A program made the position numbers and the translations under genes. The notes below the pieces were generated by a model that worked only from the letters and a program-made list of their open reading frames with translations, was not told where the DNA came from and did no database searches. A DNA stretch of 62,222 nucleotides from Phoronis australis (taxonomy: Eukaryota > Animalia > Phoronida), in assembly GCA_002633005.1 (NCBI GenBank), contig NMRA01001059.1:1-62222 (forward strand). The letters are read 5' to 3'. Positions 1 through 12,500 of this stretch are shown piece by piece; the stretch's first letter is position 1; every line of letters starts with the position of its first letter.

Positions 1-76
1 ACCAATAAACAACCCTAGAAGGATACCGTATGCGGTGCAATTGTGGGCGCATTTCAACGCTCTGCGTTGCTCTTGT
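1..76 (+). mobile_element. 3' end of a HINE-family copy
   Basis: Near-identical to 26494-26569 (subTIR + hairpin). Confidence 0.8.
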
Positions 77-167
77 GGTTCACTTCATGTAAACAAAATG
101 CTTTCAACTAACTGTAGTAATTTTGTCCATTTTTCTTTTTCCAAATACTTCAGTTTTTCCATTTCAG

Positions 168-387
168 GCTCCAACTTCAGTAAACTGTAACTCAATTCTG
201 GAGTATCGCATTGTATTTAAAAAGAACTCTGACACTGCATGGGGTCAAGCACAGACAACTCAGTCCAGATCTCACACAGTGCGAGACCTTGATGCTTACG
301 TCAGATATGATGTTGCTGTCACAGCAGTTAATGATATGTCCTTTCAATCGGTAGCAAAGGTTTTGGATATAACAACTGCTGAAACAG
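168..387 (+). CDS. RPTP exon: C-terminal half of an FN3 domain
   Basis: tttcag|GCT...ACA G|gtaaag; encodes ...[15 protein letters not shown]...TTAET; phase 0 to 1. Confidence 0.85.
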
Positions 388-3300
388 GTAAAGTAAAAGT
401 TATTAACAATCCATGTTGGAATGGACATAAGATTCTGAAATCACATCTCCATGATGTGTGTGTTTTAGCGTGTGTGTAAATGTGTGTGTTTTCAAGCAAA
501 GATATTGTAATAAAGGCATTACAAGGATGTATGAATCTGGTGACATTTCTTTTCTCCCATGAATTTCTTAATTTTTATTGTAGAAAATATATCTGAAACT
601 AAATAAGGCGATCCAGATCCTCCCAAGGATACTATTGTTTCACGAAATGTAGAATATAGACTTGGGAGTGGTTATAGCTTTCCCTACAAATATGGTGGCT
701 TGCTGAGAGGGAAATTTTTGCACTGATTGCGTAATTATGCTTTGTTGATTGGATTAATATTTAATTTGTAATCTCCAGTTCACTCTAGTTGAAGTACATG
801 GTCTCCGTGGAGCGCACTGAATATCAATTCAAGCAATTTCGCTGACACACAACTGTTTCAAAATGTGGAGGAGTTTCAGCTTGAATGTATAACAGTCTGC
901 TTGGAACTCAATTTCATTCTCGTTGAGAGTTGTGGATGTACAAGTCCTCTAATCGAGCTTGTTTATTACAAAGTTCATCCATTTCCATGTGATAATGTCC
1001 TGTACTAACAGCTTGAGCAATGAATTTCATGGCAAGCTATATTTTGGAATATATTGATATAGTTAGGCCATCCCATTACACTTGGAGTCTGTTTGATTGG
1101 TCGTTTACACCTTGGCAATCGTCTCCATCACATTGTCCGTATTCGTCTCAAATAGTCGAGTTCGCACACTTCAAACTAAAAACTCGTTGAGTGGCAAAAT
1201 TTCTTTTTTTTATGTATTTATTATTGTCATTTACAAACAATTACAAAAACAAACAAACAAATAAGTACACCATTCATTCACGCATGCACACCTCAGGAAG
1301 ACCATTCTCATATCTCGTTTAAAGTAAATATCTTGTACATGAAGTTACCATGAACAATAAAATTTTCCCATTTCGCAGAGAAGCTGTCATATACAAAGTT
1401 TTTTTGTGCATTTAATTTTTCAGCATTATAGTATTCATAAGTTTTTGTAACGAACTTGAGAAAATTAGGTATATTTTTGTGAGATCTCTCTGTAAATGTA
1501 CTGATTAGCTAGTAGAAGCAAAATGTTAAATAGAATATCATGCATCTTGTAAAGTCCAAGAATAACAATATCGTAAGACAGACAGTTGGGAAGCTGAATG
1601 CCACACTTTTGAAGTAGCTTTCCGAATTCCTTCCAGAAATCTTGTACAAAGCTACATTCCCAAAAAAGGTGTGACAGCGTCTCTGGAGCTTTATTACAAA
1701 AGGAACATAGATCAGAATCCCTAACACATATTTTGACTAAAAAGGTATTTGTTGCAATAATTCTATGTAGTATTCTAAATTGGAACCATCTAATATGGGA
1801 ATCCTTTGTAATTTTGTAAGGTAAAGCATATATTTTCTTCCAATCTAAACTATCTCCTAGCTCTATTTCCCATTTACACTCTGACTTAGGTTTCTTAACA
1901 TTATTAAAGACTGAACAAATATGTCTACAACCTTTCAAATCTTTCCGTAAGTGAGTAATTGCTAAAGGCATACAAGGACAGTAGACATTGACACTTTTAA
2001 ATTTACTTTGAAATAGACTTTTTTGAAACCTTCTTAGAACAGAAACAACACCATTATATTCTACAAAGTTGGTTTTCACGTCGAACCTATTTTTCATATT
2101 GTTCAGACTAACAAAATCACCATCAGAGGTATACATATCTCTAATAAATCTTAAGCCTTTTACAAACCAAGGCTTATAAAAAACACCTGTGCCTCCGATC
2201 GCCAAGTTACTATTAAACCACAAAGGTTGGTTCAAAAAGTCCTCTTTACTTGCAACAATTATTTTCTTGTAGAAAGATAACATACTTTCAAATACGTCGC
2301 GCCAGTAGGAATTACCAATTAGAGTTAACTTCGACTTAATAAAGTCATCTCCAAATGAAGCAAAATTCTTTAAGAACGGGTAGAGTGAGTACAGTAATTC
2401 ACCACTTTTAGACGCAGGGCTTTCAAGATATCTTCGGGCCATAGCGAGTTTTAAAGCTTTGCTGAAAGTATGCATATTAACCATTTGAATTCCCCCTTGA
2501 TCAAGTCCTAAACAGGCCGTAGTTCGTTTAATTTTATCATTACGGGCCTGCCATACAAATCTAAAAAAAGTAGTATTCAATTCACCCAAGACTTTTACTG
2601 GTGGATTTGGTAAACTTGACAACAAAAAATTAAGTTTAGAAATAGCTAATGTTTTAATTACCGTTACTCTACCAAACGGCGTTAAATTTCGTCGACTCCA
2701 ACTTTTTAGTAAAGACTTGATCTCAGTTATTCTTGCAGTGAAGTTCTTATGCGTCATACTATCCAATTGAGTGTCAAAATCCACCCCCAAAAATTTAAAT
2801 GATTTTTTTGTCCAAGACAGACTTTCTTTTGTAGGAATCACGTCATCACTACCAGTTTTACTTCCAAACCATATGGCTTTTGTTTTATCCACATTCACTT
2901 GGAGACCGGAGACACTAGCAAACAAATGTAGTACATTCAGTGTGGTAGTCAATGACAAATTCGACCCATCCAACGTAATTGATGTGTCGTCCGCATATTG
3001 CGAAATCAAATATTCCTTATTCCCAGCAACTACACCAGCAATATTTTTATTATTCTTGATTAAGTACGCCAAAATCTCCGCGCACAATATAAAAATGTAG
3101 GGAGACAATGGGTCACCTTGTCTGCAGCCACGTGAAATATTGAACCAAGAAGATGGGTGACCATTTACGACAACACAGGACTTAATATTACTGTAAAAGA
3201 CTTTCACCCACCTTCTGATCGACCAACCAAAATTAAGGAAAGATAAAGTTTTTTGAATAAAATTCCACGACAATGAATCAAATGCTTTCTCAAAATCAAT

Positions 3301-6300
3301 CAGCAAAAGCAATCCAGGTTTGTTAGCTGCCTGGGCATAAAACATTAAATCATATAGCACTCGGATATTTTCGTTCATATTTCTTCCAGAAACGAAACCT
3401 GTCTGATCCCTACTGATTACTTTTCCCAAAACGGATTTTAACCGTTCAGCTACTGCCGAAGAAGCCAATTTATATGTCACATTGAGCAAGGATATGGGTC
3501 TCCAGTTTTTCAAATAATGTTTACTTTTATCTGCTCCCTTAGGGATGCAGGTGATCACTCCCTCTTTCTGTGTTGAGGATAACTGGCCAACAGCAAAACC
3601 TGCATTAAGTGAGCAAACAACGAAATGTCCAATGTCAGCCCAAAAAAATTTCAAAAATTCCACTGAAAAACCATCAGAGCCTGGGCTTTTGTTGTCTTTC
3701 ATTTTTTTCAAGCATTGTGTGACTTCTTCATATGTAAGAAGACCTTCTAATTTTTCTTTTTCTGTCTCATTCAGCTTGGAGACACAAACATTATCAAGTA
3801 GAGTTTTTAAAGAAGTATTGTTAGTATGTCTATATTTGTATAGATTTTCATAAAAAGTTTTGGTTTCCTGAATAACCTCTTCTTCACTATTGGTTTTAGT
3901 ATTGTTAGATTTCCACAAAAAAGGCATAAACTTACTTGTGCAATGCCTATTTTCCAAGTGAATAAATATTTGGAAGGCTTTTCACCTTCTTCAATCCATC
4001 TTGCTCTCGACCTAGTCATAAGACCTCTTAACTTATTTTGCCTTAGCTCAGCAAGTAAATTATTTTTTTTCCAGTAGTTCCCTGTCAAGGCTTAGACTTT
4101 TTTCCAACAAGCTTATTTCTTTGATAAGTTGCTGTTCAACTCTATCACATTTTCTTTTTAAGTAAGTGGCAAAGGAAATTGTTTTGCCGCGAATCTCCAT
4201 CAACAACGTTTCAAGAAAAAGTTGATCATTTATAGACAATTGTAAATCTGAATTACTTGTACTATCAACAGCCTGAATGTCGTCAGTCATATATTGTTGT
4301 TTAACTAATTTAATAGTCTTCTTGACTGCAGCAATATACTCAGAGTTTTTTAGGAGAGAATTATTAAACTTCCAAAATGATTTTCTCCTCCTGGAAACAT
4401 CATTTTTAAAAAAAAACGTTACCACTGAATGATCGGAACGGTAACCGAATTCTATTATGGAGTCGTCAATATCAGCTAAAAGGTTTTCAGAAATTAGAAA
4501 AAAATCTAGTCTGGATCGTTTACTTCCAGCTCTCCAAGTATACTCTATACTACTGGGGTTTAGTTCCTGCCACACATCAACAATAGACAATTCTGTACAA
4601 ATCTCCATCAACTTAATCCGTGACTTCGGATTATTAACCTGTCGATAATTAAGCGTGTCCTTAGACTGATCGAGAGCAAGATTAAAATCGCCTGCCCAAA
4701 TAACAGAGTAATTTTCTATATCTTGAATATCTTGTTTTATTCTTTCAAAAAATGACGGCGAGTCCCTATTTGGACAATACGTATTAATTAATGTAATTCT
4801 TGTCTCATTAATAGTAATATCCAAAATTAATTTATTACCATTGTAGTCGTGCCTAATGTTATGTAATTTATACTCAAAAGTGTTCTTAAAGAGGATCGCC
4901 CCTCCACGGGAGTTTGAGGAATTTGAATTGAAAAAACATTCATATCCCCACATTGATCTAATATTGTTTTCTTCTCTCTTAGTAAAGTGTGTGTCCTGTA
5001 GGCAATAGATGGAATATTGTTTTTCTCCTAAATAATTGAGTACATCTTTTCGTTTTTCATGGAGACCCAGCCCTCTGCAGTTCAATGACGTTACTTTAAG
5101 TTCACGTGTCATCATTACAACGGTTATGCACATATATCAAATGACAATCAAATAATAATGGTACAATCCTGACCCATTCACACCANNNNNNNNNNNNNNN
5201 NNNNNNNNNNNNNNNNNNNNNNNNNNNNNNNNNNNNNNNNNNNNNNNNNNNNNNNNNNNNNNNNNNNNNNNNNNNNNNNNNNNNNNNNNNNNNNNNNNNN
5301 NNNNNNNNNNNNNNNNNNNNNNNNNNNNNNNNNNNNNNNNNNNNNNNNNNNNNNNNNNNNNNNNNNNNNNNNNNNNNNNNNNNNNNNNNNNNNNNNNNNN
5401 NNNNNNNNNNNNNNNNNNNNNNNNNNNNNNNNNNNNNNNNNNNNNNNNNNNNNNNNNNNNNNNNNNNNNNNNNNNNNNNNNNNNNNNNNNNNNNNNNNNN
5501 NNNNNNNNNNNNNNNNNNNNNNNNNNNNNNNNNNNNNNNNNNNNNNNNNNNNNNNNNNNNNNNNNNNNNNNNNNNNNNNNNNNNNNNNNNNNNNNNNNNN
5601 NNNNNNNNNNNNNNNNNNNNNNNNNNNNNNNNNNNNNNNNNNNNNNNNNNNNNNNNNNNNNNNNNNNNNNNNNNNNNNNNNNNNNNNNNNNNNNNNNNNN
5701 NNNNNNNNNNNNNNNNNNNNNNNNNNNNNNNNNNNNNNNNNNNNNNNNNNNNNNNATTTGAATTGAAAAAACATTCATATCCCCACATTGATCTAATATT
5801 GTTTTCTTCTCTCTTAGTAAAGTGTGTGTCCTGTAGGCAATAGATGGAATATTGTTTTTCTCCTAAATAATTGAGTACATCTTTTCGTTTTTCATGGAGA
5901 CCCAGCCCTCTGCAGTTCAATGACGTTACTTTAAGTTCACGTGTCATCATTACAACGGTTATGCACATATATCAAATGACAATCAAATAATAATGGTACA
6001 ATCCTGACCCATTCACACCACATACAAACAAAACAAAACAAAAACAATACAAACACATCCACGAGCACATCATAGATTTCACAGAGTATAACATCGATGT
6101 GAAATATGATGTAACATAGGATAGAAAAACTGATCCTCATGGTAAGGCTTATTCTCCCAGTATTTTCATAATGAGACTATAATAAAAGCATTTAGAAGCA
6201 TTGCCCACACGGTCTCATACAAAAAACAAGTAGAACGAAATTTAAGGATAACTACATTTCAGTAAAGTGATTTGGCTCTATAGTATGCGTTTGAGACTTG

Positions 6301-9300
6301 TCGGGACGCCCGCACAGAGCACACAGAACACACACATAAACTAATAAGGTTGCCCGCACTCTGTGGCTACACGCAATACAAAGCCCTCTCATAAATAGCC
6401 TCCCAGATAGATTGCCCAGCATGAAGCTATATGACGCTTAGACCAAAATAAGAACACAGCTACAACAATAAGACTACGCGACACGGTTGTCACGAACTTT
6501 GACATAGCCTGAGTAGCAGTTGTGCTAGAATTGAAATAACATTTTATTTCAAGATCTGGTCATTTTGCGTCCGCGCTACTTTGACTTGATGTCCTCCAGT
6601 TGATACTAGATGGATCTCTCACATTCTCAGATGTAACTTCCTCCTGCAGAATCCACACTCCTGGCTGACTGTTAACGAGTTGTGTAAAGAGACATCGATC
6701 ATTTGCTAACTAGTTTAGTTATGAACACAAAGCTAAACACTCTTACATCTACACTGAGCATACAGAGAACGCAAGGACACCTGGCAGTGTATATGTAAAC
6801 TATACTAGCTATAAACATCCCCTTTTCTAAAAAGAAGAAAACTCATGTAATGTCAGTTTTCATACAGTCCATGAAACGAGAAAATCTTACAACAAATTGA
6901 AGTAAATGTCTAACATAGTCCTTGAAACGAACTGGTTCATGTTGTCCAGAGGGTCGGTTGTGAGTACTGGTATCATCTGTAGAAGTCGAATTTTCACACG
7001 CATCGGTTTCCGGAATACCTAGAGCGATCGGTTCCTCGAAATGCTCTTTAGGGGATTGCTCAATGTCCAATCGGATATGATGATGGTTTCGGACATAATC
7101 AGCTCGGATGTGGCTACGAATACGGTACGAGCGATCCTTTAGTTGTTTGGCGACTACTCTTCTGTCCCGATATTTACTGTTGGTATGCTGAAAACGCACT
7201 GGTTGACCTTCATCAAGAACAGTTAAATCCTTAGCATGCCTATCATGTGAACACTTAATATGGTCGTGGTATTTTCATTGCTTTCCCACGTTGACATTGG
7301 GTTTGCCATCACCATGCATGAATGCCAATGATGGAATATGCGACCTGGTTTGTCGACCGAAGTCATTTCTGCCGGACTTTGGTTGGTTTCTTGCCACCTT
7401 GTATTACGCAGTTCTAATAATGTAAGATATTGGTCAGAACCATCTTGGACACATTTGTTATGAGTCTTAATGATTTTAACTCTAGATTCCGCCTTCCCGT
7501 TAGCTTGTTGGTGTCCATGGTGCATTCCCCTGGTCGTAGCAAATTGACGAATTTCATCACCCGTGAACTGTGTACTGCGGTCGGACACAATGCGTGCTAA
7601 ATGTTTCTTGCAATTGTATTCCTACTTTGGTTCTTAATGGCAATTTCTTTTTTTTACGTTTACCTTTGTATCTTTGAAATTTTGAGATGGATTTTCTGAA
7701 ATTTGGCAAATAGCTTTGAGAAACGACGACAGCTTCCCATTTTAAGATGGGTTCACTGTATTCTGCACCCTCTAATGGCCAGTTTTATGACTAAAAATTC
7801 TTCTAGAAGCACACCGTTTGTGGTGCAGTCGTGGGTGCATTTCAACGCTCCATGTTCCTCTTGGTCATTTTCTTAATGATTAAGTGACTCACATGAGATC
7901 AGAGTTTGAAATGTCAGATATAGTAAGTACCAGGGTAGGGCTATATAGACATGAAATTTTGAATGCTTTGCCTGGTGCACATTCGCCTTAACATATGTTA
8001 TAATCTTGAAATTATCATAAATCATTTTATGTGCATCTCGCACTAAAAGTTTCAGTAATGTGTTCTGATGAGGAACGCTGTATATATGAGTTAACTCATA
8101 ATTTGAGTACCAGGACCTGTCGAAGAACACTGTAGATATGACATGAAACATAATTTATGCACAAGGCCCTGTCAAGGAACACTGTATATATGAATTGATA
8201 CACACTTTAAGTACATGCCCTGTTGAAGAGCACTACGTATGAATTGATTCATTATTTCAGTTCTGGGACATGTTGAGGAAGTTGTTTTTCAGTAATTGAT
8301 ACATGATTTTAGTAGGAGGCTCCTTATACATGAACTTATTCTGGTGCTGGGCCCCGTTGAAGAACACTGTATTGTGTGAATTTATAATTTCAGTACCTGG
8401 CCCTGTTGGACATCTGAAAGTCATTCTACAGAGTGCCAACTCATTTATAGTATCCTGGAGTCTCCCAGATATTCCAAATGGTGTCATCACAAAATATCAA
8501 GTTGAACATAAGTTGGTGAAAAGACTGTCCTGCCCAACCATCAAAGTCGAGGACAGTTATGATATTAGTGAAACACCAAATGCAGGAACATTTCAGAAGG
8601 TTCTTGGATCACTTGAGTCGAACGCTGTCTATAGGATAAGAGTCAGAGCTTTCACAATTCAAGGTGGAGGGAGCTACCAGCAGATACAGAGACATACGTC
8701 AGCGTCAGGTTTGTATGAGAAGTGAATGATGTTGAGTTGAGGAACAGTGAAGTAAAACAATGTCAGTTCACTTTGTAATGTTATTGAGAATTCATCCTGC
8801 ATAAATGTATGACTTAAGTTGACTTCAAATAGAGAAACATTGTTCCCATGCTATTTGCCACCCAAAGCGTTTAACCTGGGAGCACAAAAATCAGAGGGTG
8901 AGCTAATCTGGAAACCTCCCAGCCAACTGGGGTGTCTTCCGATCATGCCACCCTCCTCAAGTAGTGATCTGGTCTTTCGTGCCTGGCCACGCCGGTGTCC
9001 TGATTAATGAGCGTGCAGATTACCTCGCTGGCTCATGCACCACCAACCAACCCCTCTACTTATATTCGGCTGATGTTAAGCTGCTGGCCCGCAAACACAA
9101 CCTCGAGCAGACTGCATCCCAACTGGCGAAGTTCAATGATGGCAGCCGACTGCTCGAAGCCGGTATTATTTATAGCCATGCTGCAAAGAGTCACAAGAAG
9201 AGCCGTGCCCGAGTGTTGTCAAATCAAATGCTTACAGGCAACGTCAGCCCTGGAGTTCTGCGCCTTCTGCTGTCACGGGGATGGTCTGGGGAGGCGAATA

Positions 9301-9514
9301 ATGCATCAGCATATCCCCAATGATCCTGTCCGTGACAGGTATTACAGGTATATTACAGAGGGTGAGCGTTTGTTGAACAAGGGTATTTAAAAACAATATA
9401 TTTTAAAGTTATGAGCACGTACTCCAACGGTCAATCATTCTCATCCCTATTCTTATTCTTTTTCTTCTTATTGATATTCTTATTCTTGTTGTTATTCTAA
9501 TTGTTATTATTCTG

Positions 9515-9546
<32 letters not shown>

Positions 9547-12500
9547 TGTTGTTCTTCTTATTATTATTATTGTTTTTGTTCTTATTATTATTATTATAAG
9601 TATTATTATTATCATTGTTTCATTTTATTTTTATTCTTATTCTTCTTTTTGTTATTATTCTTGTTGTTGTTTTCTTGTCCTTGTTATTTAATGATAGTAA
9701 CATATCTTCCAGTTCCAGACAACAGAATTGCATCACCAGTTATAAGTGATGTCAAAGCCAGGCAATTCACAGTGTCATGGAACATAGTCTTGTGTAAAGA
9801 TATGAATGGAGAGTTCACCAATTACACAGTCATGGTAACTGATCTGGCAAAGAATGAATCAGCTATTTACAGCAATGACACAACTAACATGAATGTGATT
9901 GGACGGCGACCATACACACACTACTCAGTAGTTGTTAAAGTGTGTAACGTCATTGGCTGTTCCAGTTATGGGGATGCTAGTACCACCACGACTGACCAAG
10001 CAGGTAAGTTTTGACATGGTATGTCACGAAATTTTTTTGTGCACTTTGGTACACACACATGGTACGATACACACTAAAAATAAGCTGACTGTCACATTTT
10101 GCCAAGGATTGGTGTGCACATCTTGTCACTGACTATTGGTAATAGCTATTGGTGTGCACATCTCATCACTGACTATTGGTAATAGCTATTGGTGTGATGA
10201 TGGACCAAAGACTGGTTTGTCTTATTGATCTCGTAATATTTGCCTTAAAGGAGAATGCCACCCAAAAAACAACGTACTTTGTATCAAGTTAGATCGAGTA
10301 GTTCTACTCGATAACGGCAGGTTTGGTTGCGTTACCCGAAACTTGACGGCAGACGGAGAAATTATCCAATGACGTAATTGGTTTCACACGCAGTCTGTTC
10401 AGCAGTTCACAACACGGGTTAGTGGTGTCAGCTTATCACTTGAATTCATCGTTTAACACCAATAAATCATCAAACTTCGATGTAAAACCCTTAAAAATAC
10501 CCCGAGTTCTTATAAAAACGTGTTGTTTTATTTCACCGTTACGAATTTACTGGTATTTGGACACACCGTAGCCTACAAAAGTCGCGGACAGGCCAATTTA
10601 CCAAGGTCCATAGCATAAATTCGAAGTATTCTCCATGAAATACAGACAGGAGAACCTAGATCTGTGTTGTTTATACTTGTGCTTTTTTTAGTTCTAAACA
10701 CACTAAACGCTTCTTATCCCGGCCAGTGGCTTGGAACCCGATCAGGCCCGTCAGGGCCGCCGGGACTGGCACGAACATAAACCAGTTTGAGTTGGGAACT
10801 AAACCTCCTGACGAAAAGACTATAATAGTGAGCCAAAGAGATAAATGTGCACGTAATTAGTTATGTGAATTAGGCACGAAACTGAAAATCTACTTGTCTG
10901 GGGCCATGGGCTGCGAAGTCGAGTTCCCCTTCCACAGACCGTCAGGGCATAGGTTGTACAATAACAATGGTTTGAATAATGTATTTGTATTTCTAAATAA
11001 AGATTTCCCTAACATGTGACAATAGCATATAAAATCGAGTAATTGTTTCACAACAGCTTTCTGTCAGCAAACAATGAATTAGCATGCGCTCACAGCCTTG
11101 GTGCCCGGTCAATTACCTTTGTTGCCGGGATCAAAAGCCGGTAACGCAGTGGTTTACTCATTGCTGGCTTCTCAAAACATTTGCATTTCCGAGCACTCCA
11201 AGACATTACAAATTGCATTGGTTATGATCATTTTAGGATGAGAATAATTCATTTTGAAACAGAACGCAGAATAATAAATGTCTTCACGGGGCCAATCCCG
11301 ACTTAGTCAAATGAGCTCTTCTGACGAAGACTTCACGGATCGGATCGTTAGGTTTCACAGGCTATCAGTTCGAACCGGAATACACTGATCAAAAAATACT
11401 AGGCGCCGTGAACATGCATAGGCAATGGAACGTATGGATAGTTCTTTGGTAAGCCGGAATTCGTCAGAGAAATTACTGTCGATGGACTGCTGGCCACAGA
11501 CACGGAGATGTTTCATGGTCTCATACTTGCTATTAACAGCATACCTTTCATTCTTCACTACCGCGAGCCATTTCCTAAGCATTTCCACTCTCGAGGAAGT
11601 CGAAAAAACGTTATACCCGCTTTCTTCGCAGCTTCATAGTTCGGACAAGCGGGAACTGATGCACCGCAATATAGCGGCATTCACTCTGCAGACGAACCAC
11701 TAACGTCGCTGCGTCACTTCTCACCTTCCTCACAGGTTAACGCGACGAGCTCTCGGCAAGGTGAGGTCGACCGCATAAGAGGCGATGTGAATATAGACTG
11801 ATTAAGACGGTAAAAAAGACTAATTAAATCGGGTGGCATTCTCCTTTAATCTCTAATACTGCTACTACTGCTTCAAAACTTTGACTTGTGATGAACTCTT
11901 GAGTCACTCTCAGCAAATGCCCGACTCGTTTGTGCGTTCAATATCTGGCTCAGTATTGGCTTGGTAACTGACAACATAACTTTTGCCTTGTAAGTATTTG
12001 GTCTTTTATATTAATGTTTTGAAACTTTTCATTGTTTTGTAACTTAGTGGAACCTATGCAGTCATTTTACAAAATGTGTTTGAAACCATGGTTCTTTGTC
12101 AGTTACTAATATGATGGAACCTTCTAGAATTTTCTCAAATGTTCTGTTTTAAACAGTTACATAGAAAATAACTTGATATTCCAAATCAAGTGCTAACTGC
12201 CTGTAAACAGGACAAATGAAACTTAACCGCCTAAAAGCATCGTCAGTTTGTTTTGAGCACATGCAAAATGACTCGTAATTCTCTGTCATTATGGGTGAGC
12301 ATAAGTTGAATTACCCCATCAAAGTAGTGAGAGTGACTCATCTTGACAAGTTGTTACATGCTATTTCCTGTTGTGTTAGGAAAATGGTCTTTGTCTGGTT
12401 AATTTTATGCTGTAAAATGTTTATTGTCATCTCCACCACTCTGCGGACGTCCACTGTTTGGGTTGTATCTGACTACAACCCTGAAGAACTGCACCTTAAT

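Larger units (their letters stand above)
1199..6480 (-). mobile_element. Tx1/L1-clade non-LTR retrotransposon (ORF2 nearly complete, frameshifted; 5' limit uncertain)
   Basis: APE endonuclease, RT and C-terminal zinc knuckle on - strand; AATAAA and A-rich tail at ~1199-1222. Confidence 0.9.

Noticed and set aside
780-1195. Coding-looking stretch next to the LINE tail
   Set aside because: Stops in the frames I examined and no recognisable motif.
5102-5968. Long ORFs spanning N-runs (also 14005-14193 and 32654-33391)
   Set aside because: They are open only because of assembly gaps.
9409-9690. Ile/Leu-rich ORFs resembling TM segments or signal peptides
   Set aside because: Translation of an (ATT)n microsatellite.
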